Shown: positions 1-8,128, numbered from the stretch's first letter. The stretch: 61,177 nucleotides of DNA from a virus (IMGVR_UViG_3300025009_000108:1-61177), one strand, 5' to 3'. Notes: a model not told the origin generated them from the letters alone. Numbers and translations are program-made.

Positions 1-180
1 TAACGGGGCCAAGATCGGTGACGGGGCCAAGATCGGTGACTGGGCCAAGATCGGTGACGGGGCCAAGATCGGTGACTGGGCCAAGATCGGTGACGGGGCC
101 AAGATCGGTGACGAGGCCAAGATCGGTGACGAGGCCAAGATCGGTAACGGGGCCGAGATCGGTGACGAGGCCGAGATCGG
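1..180 (+). repeat. 18-bp coding tandem repeat ATCGGT(G/A)AC(GGG/TGG/GAG)GCC(A/G)AG, continuing from the window end
   Basis: About 10 units read directly; encodes I-G-D/N-G/W/E-A-K/E in frame with ORF 185..388. Confidence 0.97.
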
Positions 181-388
181 AAAAATGCTAACCTACCTTG
201 TAGGATCGATGCATCAAGTCTATTTGTACGATCCAAAAAAACAAATGATCGGTATAGGGTGCAATGTCATGACAATATCCGAGTGGACCGAAAAATACGA
301 GCATATCGGTAGGGAATCAGGTTATACAAGCGATCAGATATCGGAATACAAGCGCTATATTGATCTTTTTGCAGAGTCGCTTAAATAA
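2..388 (+). CDS. C-terminal part of hexapeptide-repeat (left-handed beta-helix) protein; gene starts at 60881
   Basis: The frame is open from position 2 through the IGDGAK repeats into KMLTYLVGS...IGIGC...EW. Confidence 0.88.
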   Translation, partial: NGAKIGDGAKIGDWAKIGDGAKIGDWAKIGDGAKIGDEAKIGDEAKIGNGAEIGDEAEIGKMLTYLVGSMHQVYLYDPKKQMIGIGCNVMTISEWTEKYEHIGRESGYTSDQISEYKRYIDLFAESLK

Positions 389-417
389 CCCGACAACAAA
401 TCCCACCTACGAGCTGC

Positions 418-446
418 GCCCCTCTCATGAGGGGCTTTCCTTTCTT
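418..446 (+). terminator. Intrinsic terminator at a convergent junction
   Basis: GCCCCTC-tcat-GAGGGGC followed by TTTCCTTTCTT. Confidence 0.7.
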
Positions 447-464
447 GGGTCTGTTGCGGGGTCG

Positions 465-752
465 TTACGGACCTTGCTCTATTTCTCGGATAATTGGCCT
501 CAGCCCTTCAAGGACGGCGATGAAAGCGTCTATCGAGCTTTCTTTTTTAAAAACAATCCTAATGACAGTGTTTAGTTCGGTGTCCTTTTGGCCTTGGAAC
601 TTCTCAGGCATAGCCGAGTTTATTTCGAAACATTTGCCGCACGTATCGACAAGAGCCACGGCCACCGCTTCGCCCTTAATGGTACATGGGGTAATCATGA
701 TGTCTCCAGTTCCAAACTCTGCAACCATAATGTCGTTTTCTTCGTAAAACAT
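465..752 (-). CDS. Hypothetical protein (95 aa, MFYEEND...)
   Basis: AGGAGG RBS 6 nt upstream of ATG 752. Confidence 0.75.
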   Translation of the reverse strand: MFYEENDIMVAEFGTGDIMITPCTIKGEAVAVALVDTCGKCFEINSAMPEKFQGQKDTELNTVIRIVFKKESSIDAFIAVLEGLRPIIREIEQGP

Positions 753-1002
753 TTTTAACCTCCTTTTTAGGCTCGTAATCCCTATCTCCGCGCACTCGTC
801 GAACCATGGGCTTTGTTCCCCGCTGGCTTCTGCGACCAGCGGGGTGCTCAACCTGATTTCCTTTTTCCGTCGCTACATTCTTGTACCTACCCTCCACATT
901 TGAGTTTAAAGCACTTCACCTTAGAGCGTATTTTGGCGCAAGCTACACATTGCAACTTTCCACGGATATTTGGATAGTATTTTTTCCATTGCGCTCCCCC
1001 TT

Positions 1003-1383
1003 TCATATTCTGCCGTAAAGACGCTCGATCAATTCTATGGCCTGACCCGATCCGTGGCATATGTTTGTATCCCACCCATAATCACCAAGACGCTTAAGCC
1101 ATTTAATTTGAGATTCTTGAAGACTCCCACCATCTCGGCGCTTCAATTCTATTGCAGTACCAACGTAACCGTTATTTGGTGGATTGAATATCAAGATATC
1201 GGGTACTCCTGGCTTTACGCCTTGGGCCTTTAGTTTTCGGCCAACTACGATGTTTCTTGCCCCTCCGTTTGGAACGTGGCACCACAGAAGGTCTTTACGC
1301 ATATCGAGGTATTGAGCTACTGAGCGTTGCTCATCTTCTTCTGACCTTTGTGGAACCTTACCTGGTTTTAAAATGTGAGTCAT
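1003..1383 (-). CDS. VRR-NUC domain nuclease
   Basis: HVPNGG, GVKPGVPD, IELK and Q-x-x-W motifs. Confidence 0.9.
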   Translation of the reverse strand: MTHILKPGKVPQRSEEDEQRSVAQYLDMRKDLLWCHVPNGGARNIVVGRKLKAQGVKPGVPDILIFNPPNNGYVGTAIELKRRDGGSLQESQIKWLKRLGDYGWDTNICHGSGQAIELIERLYGRI

Positions 1384-1601
1384 TTTGATACCTCAGCAAT
1401 GGGTACGCATCGCACCTGGACAGGCGGGCACTGATTGTTTGAGCAACCCTCCTCTTCCGTGCAAACGTCAACCCGTCCTACATCAACCGTGTTCGGTTCG
1501 TGAGGATTTTTGTGGGGACAATCGCAACACAGCTTGGAGTGTCCAGACTTATTGCATTGTACAAGCATTTCGTTTTCCTTTCGACTTCGTAATAGGCTCA
1601 A
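1380..1601 (-). CDS. Small Cys-rich hypothetical protein
   Basis: ORF overlaps the VRR-NUC start (ATGA coupling); the start may be 1571. Confidence 0.55.
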   Translation of the reverse strand: MSLLRSRKENEMLVQCNKSGHSKLCCDCPHKNPHEPNTVDVGRVDVCTEEEGCSNNQCPPVQVRCVPIAEVSK

Positions 1602-1662
1602 GGCTGCACGATCTCGCCTTGGACCTTACCGTTGCCTTAATAACTCGTCGTTCCAGTCACTA

Positions 1663-3033
1663 TCACGCTCGTTTCATTCCTGTAAACGGGTCAACCTTCC
1701 TTGCGTCGTGCGTTGCTCGTATGTAATTTTCAAACGTGGTGCGGTGCTCTATCCAAGTCAAAAACAATGGTCCTGTTTTACCATTTCGATGCTTTCTTAC
1801 TATGAACTCAGCCACACCATGGTTTTCTTGTGTTGGATTGTAAACCTCATCACGATACAAAAAAGCTATTATATCTGCATCCTGTTCTATCTCTCCAGAA
1901 CCGCGAAGGTCTGATGCTATTGGACGCCTATCGGTCCTTTGTTCCAATTGTCTGCTTAGTTGGGCCAACAGCACAACGGGTATGTCGTGAGTCTTTGCAG
2001 ACGTTTTTAATCCTCTGGTTATTGTTCCAATCTCTATATCATGCCTTTCAGACTCAACCCCTTTAATGTATTGCAAATAATCAATAACAACAAGGCACCT
2101 ACCATGCGACTTATAAAACTGTCTGATCTTTGATTGGATTTCTTTTATTGTGGCAGATGGTGAATCGTCGATCCATATGGGAAGTTCTGATATTTCGCTT
2201 GCTGCTGTTGAAATCTTTTCCCAATGATATGAATCAAGATCTCCACACATGAGCCTTTCTCCGTCTATTCCTGAAAAACACGATGTTTCCCTGGCCACTA
2301 CTTGATCGCGGCTCATTTCGATGGACACAAACAGGCATGGAGTTTCAGTTTTTGCAGCTCCACGGCAAAACCTCATTCCCAAAGCGCTCTTTCCCATGGA
2401 CGGCCTGGCCCCAATAACGTACAGGTTTGACCCTTGAAGTCCTCCAAGCATTCTGTCAACGTCAGTCAGCCCTGTCAGTATTCCAGGAGGCCCGGGGTTT
2501 TTGCGCATTGATTCAAGCTTGTCTATCATTCCGGGTAGAAGATCTCCAATCTTAAAAAATCCACCCGAGTGAGTTTTTATCTTTGAAGTTTCTTTGTCCA
2601 TTTCTCCCATGATTTCATCGACTCCCTGTCCGTTGTAGCAAGATTGAATAGTTCTTGAGCATATTTCAATTATTTTACGCTTTTGTGATGCCTGTTTTAT
2701 AATTCCGGCGTGGTCTTTTATCGAAGCAGATGCAGGAATTACATCAATAATTCTCGATATGTATGAACTTCCACCAACTGATTCAAGAATATTTTTAGAT
2801 CTTAACAGTTCAGAAACAGTAATTATATCTACCTGTTTAGATTTATTGCACAACTCTGTTATGGCTTCGAATATATTTGAGTGAGCAGTAGCATAAAAAT
2901 CTTCAGAGCTTAACATCTCAACTATGTCTCTTGCAGCCCCCAACATGGCAGCGGAAAGGATTGATTCTTCTGCCTCTCTCGAATGTGGCGGTATTTTGTT
3001 TATCATATCAATCATCGGCATATCTCTTAACAT
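1663..3033 (-). CDS. dnaB: Replicative DNA helicase DnaB-like
   Basis: PPHSREAE N-domain, GARPSMGKS Walker A, IDYLQ, QLSR, DLRGSGEIEQDAD, KHRNG. Confidence 0.97.
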   Translation of the reverse strand: MLRDMPMIDMINKIPPHSREAEESILSAAMLGAARDIVEMLSSEDFYATAHSNIFEAITELCNKSKQVDIITVSELLRSKNILESVGGSSYISRIIDVIPASASIKDHAGIIKQASQKRKIIEICSRTIQSCYNGQGVDEIMGEMDKETSKIKTHSGGFFKIGDLLPGMIDKLESMRKNPGPPGILTGLTDVDRMLGGLQGSNLYVIGARPSMGKSALGMRFCRGAAKTETPCLFVSIEMSRDQVVARETSCFSGIDGERLMCGDLDSYHWEKISTAASEISELPIWIDDSPSATIKEIQSKIRQFYKSHGRCLVVIDYLQYIKGVESERHDIEIGTITRGLKTSAKTHDIPVVLLAQLSRQLEQRTDRRPIASDLRGSGEIEQDADIIAFLYRDEVYNPTQENHGVAEFIVRKHRNGKTGPLFLTWIEHRTTFENYIRATHDARKVDPFTGMKRA

Positions 3034-3790
3034 ACGGCTCTGGAATTACGACAGGAGCGTTTCCGCGTCCTTCCCGTTCATCCTCCCACCGTCGCCCGTT
3101 TAGGTACGTCGCCGGATGTGGTATAAACTGGCCGTTGTTTTTTAACCATTGCTCGCTGTTCTTTTGCCATATCAAGGCCGTCTGAATTAATGCAAGTGTC
3201 TCTTTCGGGCGCTTTATCTTTTTCCACGCCCTATAAGCCGAACCCTTCCCCTTCTTGTTCGGGTAATGTTTCCAAAATTCTAAAAAGTCATCAGTGAATG
3301 GCCTTTCCTGTTTTTCATCCAGTTCGACATGTACGTCGATAGACGTATTAGTTGTTTTTGTATCTGTATTTGTATCTGTATGGCGTGATTGTCCGTGACA
3401 ATCCGTGACAATGCGTGATTCTTCGTGACGAGCGCGTTGTTTTTGTTTTCTAATTTTGTTTTGGTGTCTTACGGTATCAGAATCTTGTAATGATTTGTAT
3501 TTTGAATGGTTTACAATTGACCAACCCCACGGCCGATGTTCGTCTAATCTAACAATTCTCTTGCCATTTTCGTCTGGTGTTCTTGAATATTCGTCTTCTT
3601 TTTCCAAAAAAGATATGCCATCTACAATGTGCTCAACAGGTATTCCCGTTCGTCTCGATATCGCCTGGGGCGTCATATCGATAATTCCATCTGCGTCGCA
3701 CAAAACTATCATTTGCTGGAATGTTATCAGTGCTTGCCAATTATCAGATAGGGTTCCGTCATAGATTGATTCAAATATTTTACCGTACAT
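3008..3790 (-). CDS. Phage replication initiator protein
   Basis: MYGKIFES N-domain; FLEFWKHYP...FIPHPATYLNGRRWEDE C-domain; lies directly upstream of dnaB. Confidence 0.85.
   Translation of the reverse strand: MYGKIFESIYDGTLSDNWQALITFQQMIVLCDADGIIDMTPQAISRRTGIPVEHIVDGISFLEKEDEYSRTPDENGKRIVRLDEHRPWGWSIVNHSKYKSLQDSDTVRHQNKIRKQKQRARHEESRIVTDCHGQSRHTDTNTDTKTTNTSIDVHVELDEKQERPFTDDFLEFWKHYPNKKGKGSAYRAWKKIKRPKETLALIQTALIWQKNSEQWLKNNGQFIPHPATYLNGRRWEDEREGRGNAPVVIPEPYVKRYADD
3350..3430. other. Probable replication origin (iterons) inside the initiator gene
   Basis: CGTGA at 3384, 3394, 3404, 3414 and 3424 (exact 10-bp period) next to AT-rich TGTAT(C/T) hexamer repeats; lambda-O-like arrangement. 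Confidence 0.7.
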
Positions 3791-3800
3791 TGTACCCTCT

Positions 3801-3938
3801 AAAAAAATCGCCCCAACCATGCGTGCGATGCCACATTTTTAGAGTGACCGCATGGAAGGGGCGAAAGTGAGAACCGAATTATGGTTATGGTTTGTAGCAT
3901 CGCAAATGATTTTTACCGCGTGAATTAGTTTGTGTCAA
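3801..3938 (-). promoter_or_regulatory. Sigma70 promoter plus structured leader/terminator upstream of the replication genes
   Basis: TTGACA-17-TAAAAA(T); 16-bp stem 3808-3823/3849-3864 followed by U7. Confidence 0.7.
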
Positions 3939-4188
3939 TATCTTTCCGCTCGTATTTATCTATACCCATCAACACCCGGACAGCCATGGCGCCGGCTTGG
4001 GCCGCTTCTCTTTCGATCTCATTGCGGGGTCCATCGGACCAATAAAATTCATTAATTGCTTTGATTGTATCCCCGGACGCTTCAGATAGTACGGACCCGA
4101 TATGAATTGGATCAGTGGACCACCCCGTAACAAGGTCTGAGTGGTCCAGGGCATCGATGATGCGCGCTATTGCCTGGTATCTATCCAT
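3925..4188 (-). CDS. MazG-like all-alpha phage protein (degenerate)
   Basis: GGAGG RBS; pattern VLSEASGD...REAAQAGAMAVR. Confidence 0.55.
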   Translation of the reverse strand: MDRYQAIARIIDALDHSDLVTGWSTDPIHIGSVLSEASGDTIKAINEFYWSDGPRNEIEREAAQAGAMAVRVLMGIDKYERKDIDTN

Positions 4189-5161
4189 TGGACACCTCCA
4201 TAAACGCTTTAATAAATTCAGCGGCAAGTTGAGGGACTATCGAGTTTCCAGCGCCTTTAAGCAGGCCCACTCTGCCGGGTAGCCCATAAGCCAAAGGGAA
4301 AAGAGCGGATTGAGTCGGTATCCTACGGGCTTTTCCGTCGGAGCATTGGATGGCTCCGGAGTCAGACCAGAAACCTGTTGGCTCAATGGGATTCCGGTAT
4401 CCTGCGGTCTTGGCGGGTTCACTCCTCGGCTGTGGTCCTGAGCTGTCGGACTCACCCACCCCGCCAGTTGCGCCGCACTCGGCAACCGATCCACTCCCTG
4501 CGATGGCCCCCCGTTCGGGCCGTCCTGTTGGCAGGGCGTCGGCCAGCCTACCATCTGTACAAAGTTCCGAAGTCGCTGGTCGCAAGTCTTCATTTTGTCT
4601 GTGCCTAATCTTCCCATGACCACTGGCCCGTCCGTTTTGTGGTCTTCGGTGGATGTTGTTGGCCACCCAGAACAACCTTTGTCGGATGTGCGGCGCCCCG
4701 ACGATCGCAGCGCACAAATCGGAGGCCCCGACTCCATATCCCATTGCTTCCAGGTCAGCGCGTACTCCGGCGAGCCATAAGCGGCCATCCTTTGACGCAA
4801 CCTGCTCGCCAAAGATCTCTGTAGGTCTTCGCTCGGAGATGAGGCGTCGAAAAGCGGGCCAAAGGTGTCTTTCGTCAGTCGTTCCCGCTCCTTTTCCTGC
4901 CACACTGAAGGGCTGGCAGGGGCAAGAGCCCGTCCAGACTTCTCGGTTTTCGGGCCATCCGGCGAGTTGCAGGGCATATGGCCACCCGAGTATTCCGCAA
5001 AAGAAGTGACATTGGATAAAGTCTTTGATTTCATTTGGTGCAACCTCCGCAATCGATCTGCTATCAACTTCACCATCTGGAACAAGGCCAGCGGCTATTA
5101 AATTCTTAACCCACTGACAAATAAATGGGTCAGTGTCATTATAGTAGTTCCATTTTTTCAT
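4181..5161 (-). CDS. DNA cytosine-C5 methyltransferase (alpha chain)
   Basis: FFCGILG (motif I), GSCPCQPFS (IV), EQV (VI), HIRQRLF (VIII), GAGNSIVP (X). Confidence 0.93.
   Translation of the reverse strand: MKKWNYYNDTDPFICQWVKNLIAAGLVPDGEVDSRSIAEVAPNEIKDFIQCHFFCGILGWPYALQLAGWPENREVWTGSCPCQPFSVAGKGAGTTDERHLWPAFRRLISERRPTEIFGEQVASKDGRLWLAGVRADLEAMGYGVGASDLCAAIVGAPHIRQRLFWVANNIHRRPQNGRASGHGKIRHRQNEDLRPATSELCTDGRLADALPTGRPERGAIAGSGSVAECGATGGVGESDSSGPQPRSEPAKTAGYRNPIEPTGFWSDSGAIQCSDGKARRIPTQSALFPLAYGLPGRVGLLKGAGNSIVPQLAAEFIKAFMEVSNG
4237..5085 (-). CDS. Overprinted alternate-frame methylase beta chain carrying motif IX
   Basis: 282-codon same-strand open frame with WPTP-type repeats and RLNPLFSLWLMGYPAEW; exact start uncertain. 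Confidence 0.75.
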   Translation of the reverse strand: MFQMVKLIADRLRRLHQMKSKTLSNVTSFAEYSGGHMPCNSPDGPKTEKSGRALAPASPSVWQEKERERLTKDTFGPLFDASSPSEDLQRSLASRLRQRMAAYGSPEYALTWKQWDMESGPPICALRSSGRRTSDKGCSGWPTTSTEDHKTDGPVVMGRLGTDKMKTCDQRLRNFVQMVGWPTPCQQDGPNGGPSQGVDRLPSAAQLAGWVSPTAQDHSRGVNPPRPQDTGIPLSQQVSGLTPEPSNAPTEKPVGYRLNPLFSLWLMGYPAEWACLKALETR

Positions 5162-5195
5162 TGCCTTACCCCATAATAAATGCTATTGTGCGTAT
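5161..5195 (+). promoter_or_regulatory. Sigma70 promoter giving a probable leaderless HNH mRNA
   Basis: TTGCCT-17-TATTGT, then ATG 5196 after 6 nt. Confidence 0.6.
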
Positions 5196-5732
5196 ATGAA
5201 AACACGCCAATGCAACCACTGTGGAAAAGACTATCAACACAATAGGAATGACAGCCAATTTTGTTCTCAAAAGTGCGGAGCAGCACACAGATGGAAGCTT
5301 TCTCCAAAAGATACCGATAGGCCCCGCAAATGCTTATTTTGCGGAAAAGAATTTTACGCAACGAAAGATGCGAACCAAAAACGTGTGTGTTCAGATGAGT
5401 GCCGCAAGGCGCGGGTGGCGCAGATAACTCGTGAATGGCACCTGAGAAACCCTGAGCGTGAATCTCTTTACAGGCAACGCACAAAAGCGAAGCAAATGCC
5501 AGACTCAAACTTAAAGCGATTTCGCAAAAACAATCCAAACGCCCCCGCAGCTTGCGAATCTTGTGGAGAAGATCGCGTGCTTGACTTGGCACATAAGCCA
5601 GGTCACGAAAGGAATGGTCAATGGCGTTCGGTTCGCAACTCAAAATGGCCAGAAATGGTTTGGGTGTTATGCCCAACATGCCACGCCCTTCTGGATCGGA
5701 TGCACTACGCGCCAGAAGACCTTGGTTTGTAA
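5196..5732 (+). CDS. HNH homing-endonuclease-like protein with N-terminal Zn fingers
   Basis: Two CxxCGK...CSxxC units; CESCG...LAH...VLCPTCH; oriented antisense to the surrounding operon. Confidence 0.85.
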   Translation: MKTRQCNHCGKDYQHNRNDSQFCSQKCGAAHRWKLSPKDTDRPRKCLFCGKEFYATKDANQKRVCSDECRKARVAQITREWHLRNPERESLYRQRTKAKQMPDSNLKRFRKNNPNAPAACESCGEDRVLDLAHKPGHERNGQWRSVRNSKWPEMVWVLCPTCHALLDRMHYAPEDLGL

Positions 5733-5839
5733 TTGTGAATTGATCGTTCATCGACTTCGCCTTTCGGTATGAGTCCGGCTTCAATCAGGTTTCGCAACCA
5801 TTGGGCCGCGAATTTGTCAATTTCGTTGTAATAGTTCAT
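5705..5839 (-). pseudogene. Remnant original 5' end of the methylase
   Basis: MNYYNEIDKFAAQWLRNLIEAGLIPKGEVDERSI aligns with WNYYNDTDPFICQWVKNLIAAGLVPDGEVDSRSI of 4181..5161. Confidence 0.85.
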
Positions 5840-6114
5840 TGCTCGTAGATTATCTCTTTGCCTGCGAGTTTTGCGTAGTTCAGCTCGTCGCGGGAACCGG
5901 CGGACTGCTCCCATCCTGGAATCATCACGATTACGTCGGACCTTTCGAGCATTTCAAGCCCGCCGACAAGAAAGACCTCATCCCTAACAGCCTTCAGGTT
6001 TTCAGGGCAGTTCTGGCCGTAAAGTCCGCGCCTGTATCTGCGAGCTTGCTTAGACAGGTTTCTGAGACGTGCGATTTTTTCAGGTTTTTGATTCATGGCG
6101 CCCATTAAATACAC
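5836..6114 (-). CDS. Protein with the C-terminal half of a DUF4406/nucleoside deoxyribosyltransferase-like domain
   Basis: LERSDVIVMIPGWEQSAGSRDELNYA; lacks the YIAGP N-terminal motif. Confidence 0.6.
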   Translation of the reverse strand: MYLMGAMNQKPEKIARLRNLSKQARRYRRGLYGQNCPENLKAVRDEVFLVGGLEMLERSDVIVMIPGWEQSAGSRDELNYAKLAGKEIIYEQ

Positions 6115-6118
6115 ATCA

Positions 6119-6273
6119 TAAAAGGAAATCGCCCGACTGTACGCGCTGCTATGGCACGATCCAAAGGATTAGGAGGGTGACACGCGCACAGCCGGACGAA
6201 AATTGACATTAGAGTTTCCTTCGTATCGTTACCATAGCATCGGCACAATACCAAACCGCTTGATATGGAGCAA
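6119..6273 (-). promoter_or_regulatory. Sigma70 promoter plus structured leader/terminator (second module)
   Basis: TTGCTC-17-TATTGT; 17-bp stem 6129-6145/6183-6199 followed by UUUCCUUUU. Confidence 0.65.
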
Positions 6274-6277
6274 TGGT

Positions 6278-6640
6278 TTAAAGCATTATTTTTGCAAGTT
6301 CTTTAAGCGTGATGTCGTCTTGGTAATAAACTGGAATTGAAAGCTCATCTGCCCGCTTTATCTCAGCCAAAGTTCCCTTGCTGGTTTCGTAACCGTTAAG
6401 GACATAGATTGCGTCCGAAGCCTCAAGCCAATCCATCGAAAACCTGTAATATTGCTCAACTGATAGTTTTTCATCTGCGATCAATGAAAGTTGGAAATGG
6501 TAATCGTGCCAAGGACAAAATGGCGAGAAACATTCAAGTAAAGCTTCAACTGCCACGCGCATACCTTTGCGCATATTGTCTAAAACATCTATTACATTGT
6601 TTGCTGAATACGGACCCGCGATGTAAAGTCGTCTACCCAT
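6278..6640 (-). CDS. DUF4406/DUF1937 nucleoside 2-deoxyribosyltransferase-like protein
   Basis: LYIAGPYS...PFCP...SDAIYVL.GYETSKGTLAE. Confidence 0.82.
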   Translation of the reverse strand: MGRRLYIAGPYSANNVIDVLDNMRKGMRVAVEALLECFSPFCPWHDYHFQLSLIADEKLSVEQYYRFSMDWLEASDAIYVLNGYETSKGTLAEIKRADELSIPVYYQDDITLKELAKIML

Positions 6641-6742
6641 AACACCTCATCCATCCCACCCACCCCCACACCTTCACCGGCCCCCTATTACTGGCACAAT
6701 GCCAGGCCGATTACTTTTGCCGTGGTGTGATCCGGCGTGGCT

Positions 6743-7126
6743 TTAATCGTCCTCTTCATGATCTTCCCAATAGGCCTCAATTACGCCACACACCACTGTA
6801 CGCGCCGATGGGGATAGATCGGCTATCTTGCTTTCCGAAACATCTCCGTATCCGCTTGATACATACTCCCTAAAATCTGTCATTACCTCTCCGTATAGCC
6901 ATCCGTCGCAAAAGAACTCGTTTCGGATCTCCAGGCACTCGGCACAGGTTTTGTATGTTTCCCACCGGCCTTCCCATAAGCCTTTTTCGTGCAGATACGT
7001 CTCGCCATGACTTATTACGCGGCGGCACTCAGTGCATTTGTGTGGTTTGCGGGCCTTTCTTTTTTCTGCTGTGTGGACAGTTGGCCCATCGCAATCCGTA
7101 TCTACGTAAACACATGCGCAATCCAT
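6743..7126 (-). CDS. Zn-binding phage protein
   Basis: RKARKPHKCTEC...GETY...KTCAEC; GGAG RBS. Confidence 0.75.
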   Translation of the reverse strand: MDCACVYVDTDCDGPTVHTAEKRKARKPHKCTECRRVISHGETYLHEKGLWEGRWETYKTCAECLEIRNEFFCDGWLYGEVMTDFREYVSSGYGDVSESKIADLSPSARTVVCGVIEAYWEDHEEDD

Positions 7127-7139
7127 AACTCCCTCCTGG

Positions 7140-7440
7140 GTTAAAAATCTCCACAGTAACCGGCCATCTTCATTTCGGATGCGACTTTGCTAATGCCTTG
7201 TTGATAAAACCAGTCACGAATATTGGGCAGTGGTCAGAATGTGCGCGGTAATGCGTCTTGACCTCGTAAAAACAATCGCATTCCAAATTTTCGAATGTTC
7301 GGAGGAGCCAATCCAATACTTCTTCATACTTTTTAACCTTGCGTTCTAACTCACGTATTTTGGCCTTGTCGGCGTCCATAAATTCCCTCCCAAAGTCGTA
7401 AAAAGCATTACCCACGTTAAAAAATCTCAACAGTAACCGG
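7140..7440. repeat. ~24-bp direct repeat flanking one gene
   Basis: GTTAAAAATCTCCACAGTAACCGG (7140-7163) and GTTAAAAAATCTCAACAGTAACCGG (7416-7440). Confidence 0.8.
7170..7379 (-). CDS. Hypothetical protein (MDADKAKI...)
   Basis: GGAGG RBS before the internal ATG. Confidence 0.7.
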   Translation of the reverse strand: MDADKAKIRELERKVKKYEEVLDWLLRTFENLECDCFYEVKTHYRAHSDHCPIFVTGFINKALAKSHPK

Positions 7441-7467
7441 ACCGTTACGCTTGTCGCCGGGAGATCT

Positions 7468-7668
7468 TTACCGCTCCAGATTGAATCCTATCTCTCGGTC
7501 AACATCACGAACCCCCTCAAAGATCACAAACGGCTTTCCTCGCCTGATCTCGACCTCGTAGCCGCAATCTTCGCACCTGTATACGCACGCAGCTCCTAAC
7601 CTTCCAGATGGCTTTGTGTAGGTGCATTGTTCGGATTGAAGGGTTGTTTCGCAGTTTGGGCAGTCCAT
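7468..7668 (-). CDS. Zn-ribbon hypothetical protein
   Basis: CPNC...CEDC; GAGG RBS. Confidence 0.7.
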   Translation of the reverse strand: MDCPNCETTLQSEQCTYTKPSGRLGAACVYRCEDCGYEVEIRRGKPFVIFEGVRDVDREIGFNLER

Positions 7669-7705
7669 TGGTAAATCCTCTATATATCTTTGGATGTCGA
7701 TACTC

Positions 7706-7903
7706 TCATTCTGACCTCATATTGCAAGCGTCTATAGCTGCTTGCTTGGTTGGGTAGTCTACCTGTGCTGAATCAGTCATTGGGCATCCTACACGGTGTA
7801 GGCCGTCAAGAGAATATACATCTTTATAGGCGTGGTTTACCCACGGCCTTGTGTGGAGCACTATCATTTCACACCCGCAATAGGCGCATTGTTTAAGTGA
7901 CAT
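7706..7903 (-). CDS. Lar/restriction-alleviation-like Zn protein
   Basis: LKQCAYCG...TKQAAIDACNMR resembles the LKPCPFCG...AIxAWNxR pattern. Confidence 0.55.
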   Translation of the reverse strand: MSLKQCAYCGCEMIVLHTRPWVNHAYKDVYSLDGLHRVGCPMTDSAQVDYPTKQAAIDACNMRSE

Positions 7904-7906
7904 TTG

Positions 7907-8128
7907 TCAATCCTCCACAAGTCTATGATTCCTGCGAATCTGCCTTTTGCAAGCCCCTATGAGTTTGTCGTACAGCTCGATCCTGATTGAAGCCGTTCCA
8001 AGCTCATAAGTAGCGATTGATGCCCCTGGGATGCCGGTCTTTTTCGCAAGTTCCCTTTGCGTCAGGCCGGCAGCCTTGCGCATCTCCCTTAGACGTTTTG
8101 AATATTTGGTTGGTTTTTTTGTTCTCAT
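7907..8128 (-). CDS. XRE/Cro-like HTH transcriptional regulator
   Basis: LREMRKAAGLTQRELAKKTGI...IATYELG. Confidence 0.9.
   Translation of the reverse strand: MRTKKPTKYSKRLREMRKAAGLTQRELAKKTGIPGASIATYELGTASIRIELYDKLIGACKRQIRRNHRLVED

Noticed and set aside
1-180. 18-bp repeats as a CRISPR array
   Set aside because: The units are contiguous with no spacers, are in-frame coding, and there are no cas genes
6152-6167. Second TGGCACG sigma54 site
   Set aside because: It lacks GC at -12 and is part of the leader loop complementarity
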